A DNA stretch of 64,000 nt from an uncultured Chloroflexia bacterium (lineage in GTDB: Bacteria; Chloroflexota; Anaerolineae; Anaerolineales; UBA4823), in assembly GCA_963774275.1 (NCBI GenBank), contig CAVZEP010000001.1:12985-76984 (forward strand), given 5' to 3'. Of this stretch, positions 61,081 through 64,000 are shown piece by piece (the stretch's first letter is position 1; the number at the start of each line of letters is the position of its first letter). Made by a program: the position numbers and the translations under genes. The notes below the pieces were generated by a model. The model made no database searches, was not told the origin of the DNA, and saw nothing but the letters and a program-made list of their open reading frames with translations.

Positions 61081-64000
61081 ATGCGCTCCTACCATAGCCC
61101 GCGAGGAATACAAAGTAAGCCACCGGTCTACACGGTTATATTGTCAATCCTGATCTTGATCAGCCTGACCTGGCTGGCTGCGGGATGCAGCAAAAAGACA
61201 CCCAGCCCCACAGCTCCACCCATACTCCCTACAGCCACACCCACACAGACTCCGCAGACCCTGCCTCCTGCCCTGGTGGAGACGGACCCGCTTCCGGGGG
61301 CGCAGATTGCGCTTAAAAAACCAATTACCTTCTATTTTAACCAGCCCATGGATCACCCATCCGTTGAGGGTGCCCTGAGCGGAGAGCCGGTGCTTTCAGG
61401 CAGCTTTACCTGGCGGGATGATTCGAGCCTCACTTTCACCCCTGATTCACCCTTCCTGCCTGGCACCTCTTTGACGATCATCATTGCCACCACCGCACAA
61501 TCTGCCAAAGGCATGGCAATGCTGCAACCCATCAGCCTGTCTTACGCCACCGGTGATGCCCTGCGCCTGGTGCAAAGCCTGCCTGCGCATGGTTCAAAGG
61601 ATGTCAATCCCACTTCAGCAGTCGTGGCAGCATTCAACCAACCCGTCGTAGCGCTGGGTGCCGACCCCGCCAGCCTGCCTGCCGGGTTCACCCTGACACC
61701 ACAAGCAGAGGGACGCGGCGAATGGATCAACACCAGTACCTATATTTTTTATCCCCAGCCCGGTTTAGCCGGTGGAACATCCTACCAGGTCAACGTCAAC
61801 CCTGACCTGACCAGCACCGATGGCTCCCCTTTGGAATCAACCGCAAGCTGGTCCTTCGACACCGTCATGCCGCGCCTGGTTTCCTCACAACCTGCAGACA
61901 ATACCTACAACATTCGCCTGGACAGCACTGTACAGCTCAATTTTAGCTACTCGATGGATTCGGCCAGCGTAGAGGCGAATTTCTCCTTACAAAACCAGGA
62001 TGGTCATGCCGTAAGCGGGCAGTCTACCTGGAATGAAGATTTCACCACATTCACCTTCACACCTACATCCTTGCTGCAGCGTGACGCTACATATTCTGTG
62101 GTATTGGGTGCAGCAGCTTCTGCTTTAGGTGGAACTCCACTGGGTGATGAGACCCGCCTGACCTGGTACACCGTCCCAGAGCTGGCCATTTATGGCAGCC
62201 AGCCGTCTGAAGGGGACGTCAAGGAAAATTACGCAGGAATTTATTTATACGTCTCATCGTACGTGCCTACGGATCATATTACCGATTATGTCACGATCAC
62301 TCCAAACGTCCCCAACCTGGATGCCTGGATGGATGAAGGACAGATGACGCTCTCCTTATACGGCACTTTTGATCCTGAGACCGACTATGAAGCTTACTAT
62401 CTCTCCGGATTTAACCGACTTGTGGGGTAGCCGTTTGGGAGAGACTTATACGCTGAATTTCCAGACCAGCGCGCTTGATCCGTCCGTCCAATTTTCATAC
62501 AACCCTGACTCCACCTTCCTCACCACCGAGGATAGTGGTTTGATCGCCCAGGTGACCAACCTGTCTTCGATTCCACTCACCGTGGGCACGATGACCATCG
62601 ATGACCTGGTATCGATGTACGGCGACACTGGATATGAGTTCCGGCAAAGCTTCATCCCGGGCGACGCAGATAGCTGGACCTTCTACACGGAAGTGCCACG
62701 CAACCGAGCCACTGTGGTTACCATCCCGGTCTTGCCGGATGGGCAACCGCGTTCGTCGGGACTGTATTTCATGCGGGTAAATTTACCCGATAACTTCGGT
62801 TACACCAACACTACCATCCTGGCAATCAGCCATTACCAAACCACCCTCAAACTCAGCCCAAGCGATGCCTTCGTTTGGGTGATCGACCTGGACACGAACA
62901 CGCCCGCAGCTAACCTGCCGGTCGCAGTTTACGACCAGTCGGGGAAGATGCTCGCTTCCGGTGTAACAGATAATAGCGGAATATTTCAGGGCCCGATCAG
63001 TGCCTACCAGGACCCATACAATACCTCTTTTGCCATACTCGGGACACCGGGTGAGGATGATTTTGGATTTGCGGTTTCCAACTGGGATGACGGGGTCAGC
63101 CCGTGGAATTTTGATCTTAATGCAAATTACTACCCCTCGAAAACTTACGCTTATATCTACACCGACCGGCCCATCTACCGCCCTGGTGATACGGTCCATT
63201 TCCGTCTGATCGTGCGGCAGGTATCCAACGGGCGCTATACACTGCCGGACATCAGCTCCTATACACTGGCGCTCAATGATGCAATGGGGGAACAGGTGGC
63301 CATATTTGACCTGCCTCTATCGGCATTTGCTACAGCGAATGGTGAATACACACTGCCGACCGACGCCACACCGGGTACTTTCAGCTTGATGAAACCGGAT
63401 GCCTACGACGGGATCTACTTCCAGGTGGCAGACTACCGCAAACCAGAGATCAACCTGCAGGTGGCATTCCAATCTACAGATGTGCTCAGCGGGTCGGCTC
63501 TCCTGGCAGAGGTCAATGCACGTTACTTCTTCGATGCACCCGCAGGAAACCTGCCTGTGCATTGGGTGCTGTATCGCCAGAACGCCTATTTTAATATCCC
63601 CAATTACCAGGTTGGACCGGTGGATACCAGCTGGCTGGATGTGTATAATTTTCACTTCGGTTCGGGTGGGCTCGGCATCCCCGTAGCTGAAGGCGATGGG
63701 CAAACCGACACAACAGGGCTGCTGAACTTGGAGCTGGCTGCTCCAGCAGAGAGCGGGCGCCAAAAGTACACCCTTGAGGTCACCCTGACCGATGAGAGTG
63801 GTCTGCCCGTAAGTGCGCGCAGCTCCATAAACGTAAACCCTGCCGATTATTATATCGGCGTGCACCCGGATGCCTGGTCTTTCCAGGCAAAATCGGAAGC
63901 TGGTTTTGACGTGATCGTGGAAGATTGGAATGGTGACCCGGCCGGGTCACACACACTTTCGGCTCAATTTCAACGCGTGGTCTGGGTGCGGAACGATCCA
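61081..64000 (+). CDS. Bacterial alpha-2-macroglobulin family lipoprotein with N-terminal Ig-like domains (frameshift near 62395; runs off window)
   Basis: AAGC lipobox; F.QPM and F..SMD Big_5-like repeats; after the shift YTDRPIYRPGDTV (MG2) and FQVADYRKPE. Confidence 0.85.

Noticed and set aside
1-64000. tRNA, rRNA or transposase genes
   Set aside because: No cloverleaf/T-loop consensus, rRNA-like segment or DDE/HUH ORF was recognised by eye; tRNAscan-SE and ISEScan would confirm.

Overview
Gene-dense 64 kb of bacterial chromosome. Gene content and protein style (Pro/Thr-rich lipoproteins, cdaA-cdaR, T-box regulation, many LPL[IV]-motif exported proteins) suggest an Anaerolineae-type Chloroflexota genome; this assignment is inference. 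It contains housekeeping genes (mprF, yigZ, deoC, lepB, der, cdaR, cdaA, coaE, leuS, kbl, rsmI, PGI/PMI, serS with a Ser T-box), a dpp/opp ABC transporter, a divergent arsM/ArsR pair and many exported proteins. About 13 genes are split by small indels, probably long-read errors, although nearly all are exported or membrane genes. No rRNA, tRNA, CRISPR, transposase or prophage gene was recognised. The most interesting signals are: (1) a short hydrophobic LP[L/V/Y][I/V]x[K/R]-like motif seen seven times, at C-termini or just after signal peptides of exported proteins, including three orphan 3'-end gene remnants, which is a candidate surface-sorting signal; (2) several families of non-autonomous palindromic repeats (a 49-bp REP-like array, composite elements flanking yigZ, a ~130-bp modular element present twice); (3) several enzymes with altered catalytic motifs (TyrA-like, SGNH-like with GDC, LeuRS with RMSKT, CoaE-GNAT fusion, atypical ArsR).
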